Below, in pieces: positions 37,830 to 46,346 of a DNA stretch of 64,000 bases (position 1 is the first letter of the stretch; every line of letters starts with the position of its first letter). The translations under genes and the position numbers were made by a program. The stretch lies in NCBI GenBank assembly GCA_964428495.1, contig CAYRXY010000003.1:9588-73587 (forward strand), in the 5' to 3' direction. Origin of the DNA: an uncultured archaeon. GTDB taxonomy: Archaea; Aenigmatarchaeota; Aenigmatarchaeia; GW2011-AR5; JAHLMP01. The notes below the pieces were generated by a model. It was not told where the DNA came from, ran no database searches, and saw nothing but the letters and a program-made list of their open reading frames with translations.

Positions 37830-38363
37830 ATGGAGATAGTCTTTGTAACTTCTAACCCAAACAAGGTAAGGGAGGTTGAAGAGATACTAGGTATGAAGGT
37901 AAAACAAGTCAGTATCGATGTGAAAGAGATTCAGTCATTGGATGTTAAAGATGTTGTAAGAGAGAAAGTTATCGAGGCGTACAAGATTGTTAATAAGCCT
38001 GTTATAGTAGAAGACACGGGTTTGTACATAGAATCGTTGAATGGTTTTCCCGGTGCATTGATCAAATGGGTGATGAAGACTATAGGAAATGAGGGAATAT
38101 GTAGAATTACAACTGGGGACAGAAGAGCCGTAGCGAGAACGTATGTTGGATACTATGATGGAAACGATCTAAATCTATTTGTTGGTGAAATATCGGGTAG
38201 AATTTCTGATGTACCACGTGGCGATGGATTTGGATGGGACGCCGTTTTTATACCGGATGGATATGAAAAAACATTTGGAGAACTTGGACCAGAAATTAAA
38301 AACAAAATATCGATGAGAAAGATAGCATTTGAAAAGTTAAGAAACTATCTTAAACAAGAGTAA
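37830..38363 (+). CDS. Non-canonical purine NTP pyrophosphatase (Ham1/ITPase)
   Basis: MEIVFVTSNPNKVREV...VEDTGLYIESLNGFPGALIK. Confidence 0.85.
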   Translation: MEIVFVTSNPNKVREVEEILGMKVKQVSIDVKEIQSLDVKDVVREKVIEAYKIVNKPVIVEDTGLYIESLNGFPGALIKWVMKTIGNEGICRITTGDRRAVARTYVGYYDGNDLNLFVGEISGRISDVPRGDGFGWDAVFIPDGYEKTFGELGPEIKNKISMRKIAFEKLRNYLKQE

Positions 38364-38616
38364 CACTTTCCGTTTCTACTTCTCCAACGCCTTCAATCTT
38401 TTTTATTTTTTCCTCAATCTCCGAAGGACTTACAGTCTTATCAGGCATGACAAAAAGAACCTTTATTGCTTTTAATCCAAAGGCTACGTCCTCTATTGAA
38501 ATATCACTTACCTTAACTACATCGGTCTCTAGTTCCTTGATTTCATTAACAATCTTGTTAACATCAATATCTGGAGATTCCGGCATTACTTTTAGCGTAA
38601 GTGCTACTTGACCCAT
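38350..38616 (-). CDS. Elongation factor 1-beta (aEF-1beta)
   Basis: MGQVALTLKVMPESPDIDVNKIVNEI...AFGLKAIKVLFVM...VGEVETESVTLV. 88 aa. Confidence 0.8.
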   Translation of the reverse strand: MGQVALTLKVMPESPDIDVNKIVNEIKELETDVVKVSDISIEDVAFGLKAIKVLFVMPDKTVSPSEIEEKIKKIEGVGEVETESVTLV

Positions 38617-38625
38617 TTAACCACC

Positions 38626-38793
38626 TCAAGGACCTTCAAACCCACATTTTGGACAAATATACGGAACGCTAAGCTTTCTACATCTTTCACAACGAACAAT
38701 TATTTCCTCTCCACAGTTTGGGCACTTAAATTTTACCCAGTTCTCCTCCGTAGCAACATTCCTTTTACATGAGGTACAAAGTATCTCTACCAT
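38626..38793 (-). CDS. Zn-ribbon protein (COG2888-like), [55 protein letters not shown]
   Basis: 55 aa with four CxxC pairs. Lies immediately upstream of aEF-1beta on the same strand, the usual archaeal arrangement. Not in the ORF track (under 60 aa). Confidence 0.6.
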   Translation of the reverse strand: MVEILCTSCKRNVATEENWVKFKCPNCGEEIIVRCERCRKLSVPYICPKCGFEGP

Positions 38794-38921
38794 ATACCTT
38801 TGTTTTAGGGAGAGAAAATATAAAAAGTTTCATCATCCAAAAGGACTGAAAACTTTGAGAAAATCTAAACTATTTAAGTTTTAAAACCAATTATTGATAA
38901 GCTTAATATATAGGTGATATT

Positions 38922-40190
38922 ATGGCAAGTAACAAGCCACACTTAAATCTTGTAACGATTGGTCACGTAGACCATGGTAAATCGACCTTGGTAGGTCGAT
39001 TGCTCTTCGACAGTGGTGCAATCAGAGAAGACCAAGTAAGAAAGCTAAAGGAAGAAGCAAAGGAGAAAGGAAAGGAAACCTTTGAGTTCGCCTTCGTCAT
39101 GGACCGACTCAAAGAGGAAAGAGAGCGTGGTCTAACAATCGACATCATGCATCAGAAGTTTGAGACAAACAAATACTACTTTACAATCATAGATGCACCA
39201 GGTCACAGAGACTTTATCAAGAACATGATTACAGGTACATCTGAGGCAGACGGTGCGATACTCGTCGTGTCTGCAAAAGAAGGTCCACAAGAACAGACAA
39301 AAGAGCACATATTCTTAGCAAAGATTTTGGGTGTAGAACAGCTCATTATAGCAATCAATAAGATGGATACAGTAAACTACGAAGAGAAGAGATTCAACGA
39401 GGTAAAGGAAGAGGTTTCAAAGCTTTTGAGGGCAGTGGGTTATAAACCAGAGGAAATAACATTCATTCCTATCTCCGCATACAATGGAGATAATGTAGTA
39501 AAGAAGAGTGATAAGACACCTTGGTACAATGGCCCTACTATCGTAGAGGCATTGGATCAATTCAAGGAACCTGAAAGACCAATAGACAAGCCATTGAGAA
39601 TTCCTATTCAGGATGTTTACTCCATCAGTGGAGTAGGTACGGTTCCTGTAGGAAGGGTGGAAACAGGAGTATTAAAAAAAGGTGACAAGGTAGTATTTGT
39701 ACCATCAAACGTTACTGGTGATGTAAAGTCCATCGAGATGCATCACGAAGAGATTGCAGAGGCGAAGCCTGGAGACAATATTGGTTTCAACGTACGTGGT
39801 GTAGGTAAGGATCAAATAAAGAGAGGGGATGTAGCAGCTCATCCAGATTCTGCACCAAAGCCTGTTAAGGAATTTGTAGCTCAGATTGTAGTATTGAACC
39901 ATCCTACCGTAATCTCTAAGGGATACACTCCAGTAGTTCATGCACACACTTCACAGGTAGCTTGTAGATTCGTAGAGATTCAGAAGAAACTTGATCCAAA
40001 GACAGGTCAAGTAGTCCAGGAAAATCCTGATTTCATCAAGACAGGAGATGCAGCTATCGTAAAACTTCAACCAACAAAGCCATTCATCATTGAAAAACAG
40101 AAGGACATTCCACAGTTGGCACGATTCGCAATCAGAGATATGGGTATGACAGTTGCAGCAGGTATCTGCATTGATACCGTGACCGAGTAA
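38922..40190 (+). CDS. tuf: Elongation factor 1-alpha (aEF-1alpha)
   Basis: G1 [10 protein letters not shown]3 DAPGH and G4 NKMD motifs. 422 aa. Confidence 0.95.
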   Translation: MASNKPHLNLVTIGHVDHGKSTLVGRLLFDSGAIREDQVRKLKEEAKEKGKETFEFAFVMDRLKEERERGLTIDIMHQKFETNKYYFTIIDAPGHRDFIKNMITGTSEADGAILVVSAKEGPQEQTKEHIFLAKILGVEQLIIAINKMDTVNYEEKRFNEVKEEVSKLLRAVGYKPEEITFIPISAYNGDNVVKKSDKTPWYNGPTIVEALDQFKEPERPIDKPLRIPIQDVYSISGVGTVPVGRVETGVLKKGDKVVFVPSNVTGDVKSIEMHHEEIAEAKPGDNIGFNVRGVGKDQIKRGDVAAHPDSAPKPVKEFVAQIVVLNHPTVISKGYTPVVHAHTSQVACRFVEIQKKLDPKTGQVVQENPDFIKTGDAAIVKLQPTKPFIIEKQKDIPQLARFAIRDMGMTVAAGICIDTVTE

Positions 40191-40240
40191 ATTTTGATTT
40201 TTCTATTGTTTTCATTTTTCCATTTTAATTCTTTCGTTAA
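40191..40240 (+). terminator. T-rich tract after aEF-1alpha (candidate terminator)
   Basis: ATTTTGATTTTTCTATTGTTTTCATTTTTCCATTTT directly after the stop codon. Confidence 0.3.
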
Positions 40241-40280
40241 AATGGCTTAGAATTATAAGTCTTCTCGATAAATTTATATT

Positions 40281-40356
40281 GCCCCCGTGGTGTAGTTTGG
40301 ATTAACATGCCACCCTGCGGAGGTGGAGATCCTGGGTTCGAATCCCAGCGGGGGCA
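40281..40356 (+). tRNA. tRNA-Arg (GCG)
   Basis: GCCCCCG-UG-GUGU...ACAU-G-CCACC-CUGCGGA-GGUGG-AGAUC-CUGGG-UUCGAAU-CCCAG-CGGGGGC-A. Confidence 0.85.
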
Positions 40357-40372
40357 TGAAGAGATTAATACC

Positions 40373-40918
40373 TCAAGATTTCCTATGATAAGTTTTTTTA
40401 TTTTTGTTTCTTATTTTAATTAGGTATCGGTTCAATTCTTCGTAAAACTTTAGCAGTTCATTCATATTTTTTGTTTTTGACTTAACATATTCTATTCTTT
40501 CTTGAACCGTATGATGCTCTATTTTATCTACATAAACAACCGAAACTTCACAATTTTCAAACTCATTTACAGGAAATATAGGAGCCAAAAATTTATCAAA
40601 GGTAGCATCTATTAACTCATTATCTACTTTTAATGCAAGATGATATCGCTCTGGAAGATTTTTTGAGAGATTTTTCAAGTGCCTATTAAGAAATTCCTGA
40701 TCTTCCCAGTAAAAAATATAAGTTAGATATAAGACCTTCGATCCTAATTTTTCATAAAAATTCCCAAGATATAAATGTTTAGAAGTACAACCAGCTTTTT
40801 TGTGTATTTTTAAACTTTCAATAGCTTTTTGATAGTCTATAGATGCTCCAAACACAATTTCAAAAGGTATATCTCTCACTTCTTCGAACATCTTCTTTTT
40901 ATATTCATATGTATTCAA
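40373..40918 (-). CDS. Hypothetical protein
   Basis: 181 aa with no recognisable motif. First gene of the AT-rich segment after tRNA-Arg. Confidence 0.35.
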   Translation of the reverse strand: MNTYEYKKKMFEEVRDIPFEIVFGASIDYQKAIESLKIHKKAGCTSKHLYLGNFYEKLGSKVLYLTYIFYWEDQEFLNRHLKNLSKNLPERYHLALKVDNELIDATFDKFLAPIFPVNEFENCEVSVVYVDKIEHHTVQERIEYVKSKTKNMNELLKFYEELNRYLIKIRNKNKKTYHRKS

Positions 40919-40996
40919 TTTTTACACCTTTAATGGGTGTAAAGTGTCAGATGTATTCTATAAATAATAAGTATGCAATAAAATAAAATTTTATTT

Positions 40997-41650
40997 ATGA
41001 GAATCATCAAAAATGCCTGGAATATGGAGTTTAAAAGAAAAGGGAAAATTTGGGTTAAACCTCAAGAGGATATTCCCAAAATTATTAAAAAATGGAAAAA
41101 GGAAGGAATAAAAAAAATTCTAGACTTGGGATGTGGTACAGGCAGGCATCTGGTTTACCTAGCTAAGAATGGTTTTGAAACCTATGGATTCGATATTTCA
41201 CGTGAAGGTATAAGAATTGCTAGTAAATGGCTAAGAGAGGAGAGACTAAATGCTAATCTAAAAGTAGGTGATATTTGCAGAAGATTGCCGTATAAAGATG
41301 ATTTTTTTGATGCAATAATTTGTATTAAAACATTAAATCATGGAAAAATAGAATGGATAAGAAGAACCATTCAAGAAATGTATAGGGTTTTGAAACCAGG
41401 AGGATATGTATTTGTTACTGTTCATAAACATAAAAGTAAAAAACAAATACCAAAAAATAGATTATATGGAATAAAATGGATTGCGCCAAGGACTTATATC
41501 ATATTAGACGGCCCTGAAAAGGGGCTTCCTCATTATAGATTTAACAAAAAAATTTTAATTAAAGAATTTAGAAAATCAAAGTTCAAAATTTTAGATTTAT
41601 GGCTAGATTCAACTAATTATTATTGTTTATTAGCTAGAAAATTATCCTAG
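40997..41650 (+). CDS. SAM-dependent methyltransferase (class I Rossmann)
   Basis: Motif I ILDLGCGTGRHLVYLAKNGFETYGFDIS, with post-I and motif II following. Confidence 0.7.
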   Translation: MRIIKNAWNMEFKRKGKIWVKPQEDIPKIIKKWKKEGIKKILDLGCGTGRHLVYLAKNGFETYGFDISREGIRIASKWLREERLNANLKVGDICRRLPYKDDFFDAIICIKTLNHGKIEWIRRTIQEMYRVLKPGGYVFVTVHKHKSKKQIPKNRLYGIKWIAPRTYIILDGPEKGLPHYRFNKKILIKEFRKSKFKILDLWLDSTNYYCLLARKLS

Positions 41651-42112
41651 TACGTCTTTTAGCTTAAATTCATTTCCATTAATAAAATAGAACGAACTTC
41701 TATCCTGCGATAAAATTCCCACAAATTTTACATTTTTATAAATAGAAAATATTTTTGCTACATAAAAACGAACTCCTCTTTTCTCATTTGGTCGAAGATC
41801 AACCTTTTTAACTAATAAAACTCTACAAATTCCTATAAAGTTTGATTTTTTATCTAGAAAATGAAAACCATCATGAAAATTATTTGAGGTAGATAATTTT
41901 ACAAGCATTCTAGCAACATAATCAATAGTTGTATTCTTATTTATTTCCTTTAGAAATTTAGATTCCATTGATGGTCTTAACGAAAGAGTCAATTTTTTCA
42001 TTACATCTTTTGTAGATATTACAAATCCTAATCCGTGAAAATTTTTTGAATGCTTCTTAGAGAGTTGTGTACACTTTTTAAGTATTTTTATTCCAATTTC
42101 TTCAATTACCAT
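41642..42112 (-). CDS. Hypothetical protein with weak resemblance to DisA_N/diadenylate-cyclase fold
   Basis: FHDGFHFLD and GVRFYVAKIFS line up loosely with the DAC motifs hDGAvii and GtRHRAAlgiS. The resemblance is speculative. 156 aa. Confidence 0.3.
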   Translation of the reverse strand: MVIEEIGIKILKKCTQLSKKHSKNFHGLGFVISTKDVMKKLTLSLRPSMESKFLKEINKNTTIDYVARMLVKLSTSNNFHDGFHFLDKKSNFIGICRVLLVKKVDLRPNEKRGVRFYVAKIFSIYKNVKFVGILSQDRSSFYFINGNEFKLKDVLG

Positions 42113-42678
42113 TTCTCCAACACCTTTCTAATTTCGAGATAAAACTTACTCAAATTTTTAGGTCTAGGAAGCTTTCTTTTTCCCTTTGGCTCTATAAATA
42201 CTCTCATAAAAATTGGTCCTTCTTTATTTAAAGCCTGTTCTAATCTTTTTTCAAAGACTTCTCTATTTTTTACTGAGTTATAAACTTTGTATCCAGCTAA
42301 TTTTGCCATTTTTTCTAATTCTATATTAGAAGAATAAGTTTTCATTCCCCCGGTAGAAAAATATACCCCATTATCCAAAACTATGTGTACAAGATTTTTT
42401 GGTTTTGTGCTTCCTATGGTACAAGACCCACCGAGATTCATCAAAAAACTTCCATCACCATCTATGCTGATAATTTTAACATTTGGTTTAGAAAAGGCTA
42501 TACCTAATCCAATAGACGCTACCAGTCCCATAGAACCAGCCATATAGAAATGTTTATCATATTTAGCTATTTCAAACGCTTCTCTACCTATTAATCCAGT
42601 TGTTGTTATGACTATTGCCTTCATTTTTTTAATTTTACTAAAAATGATCTTTAATACCTCTCTACGTTTCATCATCAA
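42106..42678 (-). CDS. TPP-dependent decarboxylase beta subunit (ComE / sulfopyruvate-phosphonopyruvate decarboxylase C-terminal-half-like)
   Basis: TPP-binding motif GSMGLVASIGLGIA...IDGDGSFLMNLGGSCTIG...LDNGVY. 190 aa. Confidence 0.7.
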   Translation of the reverse strand: MMMKRREVLKIIFSKIKKMKAIVITTTGLIGREAFEIAKYDKHFYMAGSMGLVASIGLGIAFSKPNVKIISIDGDGSFLMNLGGSCTIGSTKPKNLVHIVLDNGVYFSTGGMKTYSSNIELEKMAKLAGYKVYNSVKNREVFEKRLEQALNKEGPIFMRVFIEPKGKRKLPRPKNLSKFYLEIRKVLEKW

Positions 42679-43214
42679 AATACACCTCTCTTTATTATTA
42701 GAGCTACTGGCCTATTTTTTTTCTCCAGGCTTTTATTAGCCCTATAAACAGAACTTTTTATTGTAGTTGGTGAAATAATGTAATATTTTATATTTAGCAG
42801 TGACAAGATTGGAAGTGTAATTTTCCCATCAATTAAATGATGGGTCGCATCTTCTCCTTTACATCCTCTCCAGGTTATCAGAAATATAACTGGTATTTTA
42901 TATGAAAGAAGTAATGATGAAATATCATGTATTGAATTTAAGAAACCAGAGTTCTGCATATAGATGACAACTTTATTTCCAGCCATTGCTGCTCCCGCCG
43001 CAATTCCTATGGCCTCTCCTTCTCTAATCGCTGGTATATGGAAAATATTCTTATTTTTTTCAATTTCCCTGATAATATATTTTTGTACTGCGCACGGTAC
43101 ACCTGTTGCGAAGTTCACATTCACTTTAACTAAACTCCTTACAAGCTCTTTTGCCCTTTTCTTCCTAATAACCCCTGATAAAGGTTTGTAGGTGACTCCC
43201 TTCAATTTTTTCAC
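42675..43214 (-). CDS. TPP-dependent decarboxylase alpha subunit (ComD-like, pyrimidine-binding half)
   Basis: VNFATGVPCA...IPAIREGEAIGIAAGAAMAGNKVVIYMQNSG. 179 aa, with a 4-nt overlap to the beta subunit. The first M overlaps the upstream gene by 50 nt, so the start is uncertain. Confidence 0.7.
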   Translation of the reverse strand: MKKLKGVTYKPLSGVIRKKRAKELVRSLVKVNVNFATGVPCAVQKYIIREIEKNKNIFHIPAIREGEAIGIAAGAAMAGNKVVIYMQNSGFLNSIHDISSLLLSYKIPVIFLITWRGCKGEDATHHLIDGKITLPILSLLNIKYYIISPTTIKSSVYRANKSLEKKNRPVALIIKRGVF

Positions 43215-44262
43215 CTTTAAATTTTGTATACCATAATCCTCTATAATTTTCCCATAATTTTGGTCTTAAATCAGTATCCTCAAAAATATTCTCGAATATC
43301 ATTCTAGCATTTAAAAAATAATCTAACCTTTTAGCGTCTTCATGTCTTAAAAGTTCAAATGATGGGTGATATGCTTGGAATATATTAATTACAGGAAATC
43401 GTGTCAATACCTTCTTAAATTTTTGAAATGCATGAGAAATACTAGAAAGACTATCCAATCCAAGTACATATAGTAATGACGTCTCAATTCCTTTTTTTCT
43501 TAAATTGTTTAGAAATTTAACCGTCTTCTCTACATTAAAGGCTGCGAAATATTTTTTTCTTTTGTCAATAAAATCTCTTCGTTCAAGAGTTTCCAATGTA
43601 AAATAATAAGAAAATTTTGGAATGATTTTAGATATTTCCTTTAAATTACTTTTATTTCTTAGCTGGGCCCCAATATATTTAATTTCACCTTTAAAGTTCA
43701 TGAGTGAAGCAGCTTTATAAATTGAAATTAAATGTGTAAATAACTTTTTTTCATTCTCAAACAAACCAGTATTAAGACATATCTCTTCCAGCTTTGAAAA
43801 TTTTATTTTGGCTGTTTCTTCAATTTTTTCAAATAATTTCAAAATTTCTTTAAACTCTAAAAATTTTCTTTTAGACCTAGGTGTTTGATATTGAGTACCA
43901 CAAAATGTACATTTTCCTATACAATGACTTCTATCATTAGTATTTAATACTAGAACCTTTTTTTTCTTTCTAAAATAATATAGTTCAACTAGATCATTTT
44001 CAAATTTCTTCAAACTTCCAATCATATATTCTCCTAAATGTATTTTTGACTTAGTTAAGTAAAATGGAGTTTGAGATGTATTCAAACATATCATTAAATA
44101 AAAAGTTTTATTTATAAAATTTGGAGTGAAATACGACCTTATTCTTAAGAATTTTAGAGAACTCTTTGCTCCTAAGGTATTTAGTGATATTAAGCAAGTA
44201 TCAGTATCGGGAACGTTATATTTCTGTGAATAGTATTTAAGATTCTTTATATTATCTATCAC
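43165..44262 (-). CDS. Radical SAM enzyme, unknown specificity
   Basis: CIGKCTFCG (CxxxCxxC) at residues about 114-122 of the listed ORF. The true start is probably at an internal Met (about 44025). Confidence 0.6.
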   Translation of the reverse strand: MIDNIKNLKYYSQKYNVPDTDTCLISLNTLGAKSSLKFLRIRSYFTPNFINKTFYLMICLNTSQTPFYLTKSKIHLGEYMIGSLKKFENDLVELYYFRKKKKVLVLNTNDRSHCIGKCTFCGTQYQTPRSKRKFLEFKEILKLFEKIEETAKIKFSKLEEICLNTGLFENEKKLFTHLISIYKAASLMNFKGEIKYIGAQLRNKSNLKEISKIIPKFSYYFTLETLERRDFIDKRKKYFAAFNVEKTVKFLNNLRKKGIETSLLYVLGLDSLSSISHAFQKFKKVLTRFPVINIFQAYHPSFELLRHEDAKRLDYFLNARMIFENIFEDTDLRPKLWENYRGLWYTKFKGEKIEGSHLQTFIRGY

Positions 44263-44306
44263 ACTTAATATATGCCAAAAAATTTTATATTTTTATTAGA
44301 AATTTA

Positions 44307-46346
44307 TCAGGACAAATTCACAGATCCAAATATCATTAATGTAAAGCCGAGAGTTAGAAAGTACATAATGGAGCCGAACCAAAGAATATGAAATATTAAA
44401 TTGTTCTTTCCGATTTTATCCTCACCATTTTGAATCCCGTTTATTAGAGTCCCTACGATATAGGAAGTTAGAATGAAATATATAGAAGACACGAGCTGAA
44501 ATTCCCCTTGTGTAATTTCTAGTTTACCCCACGGTAGAATTAACATGCTAGAAGCATATGTTCCCATAAGTTCTTGTCCGGTAAACTTTGTTGCTATTTG
44601 ATTTATTATATTTATCATAAGGTTTGAAAGCGTTACAATAACACCAGAAACTAATGGAGTCAAAATGTATCCCTGAAGCTTTAGAGCACTGACTATATCC
44701 TCTAAGAGATCGCTTATTCTTTCTTGTGTCTGATGTACATCATAGAGATATCTAGAAATACTCAACATCGCAGAGGCTGCAGCCTGTACACCTTTAGACG
44801 AAACATCAGCAACAGTCCTCATTATTGAATTGATTAGAGTAGATGGATAATAAAGAATAGCACCATATTCTGGATCAAATATAGCCTGTCGAAAAGTCAT
44901 TCCAAGTCTTTTTATGTTTCTAAGAATAATAACAAAGAATTTTTTTATGCTAAGGTTACCTATTGCGTGTATCAGCCTTTCTATTGCAACCTCTAATGGC
45001 ATTCCGGTAGAAAGATAATTTCCAAGTTGAAATAGAGCCTCTGTGAATTCTTCTTCTATTTTCCTTATTTCATTTCTCAATTCTATTCTTTGGAACGATG
45101 AAAGATAAAAATAAGATATTGATCCAACAATAAGACCAAAAGAAATTACTATAGATTGAAATAGATTATTCTCATCGGCCGCTGTAGCATTTATATAGAG
45201 ATGAGAACCGAAAATTATGAAAGGTAAAGCAACCAAAATTGAAAATGGTAGGACGGGAACAAAGTATTTCTTTTTTCCAATTCTTAAGGCAAAGGTCCCT
45301 TCTGGCGGCATATCAGGATGATGAACCGGTCTTATCTCACTAAACGTTGTCGGTCTTCTAGAAAGAATTTCAGAAACAAAAAACATAAGTGCAATTGGGA
45401 GAATTCCATCAAAACCTATGAATAGTATGGATGATTTTATCTTCATAAATATACCCAATACAGGAAATAGAACCATTCCTATGACTGGCAATAGAATTCC
45501 AAGAGCATGAAGAAGCATCACAGGTATTTTAAGTTCTTGTGAATAATGCTTGGCTTTTTCACTTGTTCCATCAAGCACTATCTTAACAGCTTCATCCAGC
45601 ATCTTTAGTCTTCTTTCCTCGGGTTGTGCTAATGCATTCCTTAGTGTTTGAACTGCCTCTATTATATACCGCTCTTCCTTCCATCTAGACAAATATTTCA
45701 TTAGTGCTTCATCAATATTTTCATACTTACCAACTTCAACATCCCATAAAATTTTTCTCATATCATTTGCTAATGGCCCTACGAGATTTCGAGCAGCGAA
45801 ATCAACTGCTCCTTCAAGATTTGGCGACTGTCTTAAATAAACAACCATATACAAAATAAGGAATGGAATTTCTGTTCCTATCTTAGTCATGTATTTTCTT
45901 TTATAGGTTATAGGATAGGTGTACAGATAGTAAGAGAACAACAATTCAAATAATATTATTATAAGTGCATGATTCAACGTAATACCAAGCTTCAGTATGT
46001 TTGATACTACCACAACAACTAAGGTTAAAATAATTGAACTTAAAAGAAAGAGCATAGCAAGAGATGTTGCACCTTCAGGTGTAATCTTCATCTTGGTTAT
46101 CTTTATTGCATCTATCATCTTCTTTTTAGTTTTTTCATCTGGTTGAACTTTCATTATCTTCTCTGCAAATTCACAAGCCTTCTCGTAAACTGTGTCCTTC
46201 TTCTTTAACATCTCTTCCTCTTCTAAAAAGAGCTTGTATTCTCGAGAAGCAAACTTATATGCAGGGACTTCTAACTTAACGTCTGATTTTTTCTTCTCCT
46301 TTTTCTTTTTGAAGAACTTCTTAAACCAATCAAGCATGTTTACCAC
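44307..46346 (-). CDS. Polytopic membrane protein of type IV pilus/archaellum assembly platform type (FlaJ/TadC-like)
   Basis: 679 aa with several TM clusters separated by two large cytoplasmic loops. Overlaps the upstream secretion ATPase by 17 nt. Confidence 0.6.
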   Translation of the reverse strand: MVNMLDWFKKFFKKKKEKKKSDVKLEVPAYKFASREYKLFLEEEEMLKKKDTVYEKACEFAEKIMKVQPDEKTKKKMIDAIKITKMKITPEGATSLAMLFLLSSIILTLVVVVVSNILKLGITLNHALIIILFELLFSYYLYTYPITYKRKYMTKIGTEIPFLILYMVVYLRQSPNLEGAVDFAARNLVGPLANDMRKILWDVEVGKYENIDEALMKYLSRWKEERYIIEAVQTLRNALAQPEERRLKMLDEAVKIVLDGTSEKAKHYSQELKIPVMLLHALGILLPVIGMVLFPVLGIFMKIKSSILFIGFDGILPIALMFFVSEILSRRPTTFSEIRPVHHPDMPPEGTFALRIGKKKYFVPVLPFSILVALPFIIFGSHLYINATAADENNLFQSIVISFGLIVGSISYFYLSSFQRIELRNEIRKIEEEFTEALFQLGNYLSTGMPLEVAIERLIHAIGNLSIKKFFVIILRNIKRLGMTFRQAIFDPEYGAILYYPSTLINSIMRTVADVSSKGVQAAASAMLSISRYLYDVHQTQERISDLLEDIVSALKLQGYILTPLVSGVIVTLSNLMINIINQIATKFTGQELMGTYASSMLILPWGKLEITQGEFQLVSSIYFILTSYIVGTLINGIQNGEDKIGKNNLIFHILWFGSIMYFLTLGFTLMIFGSVNLS

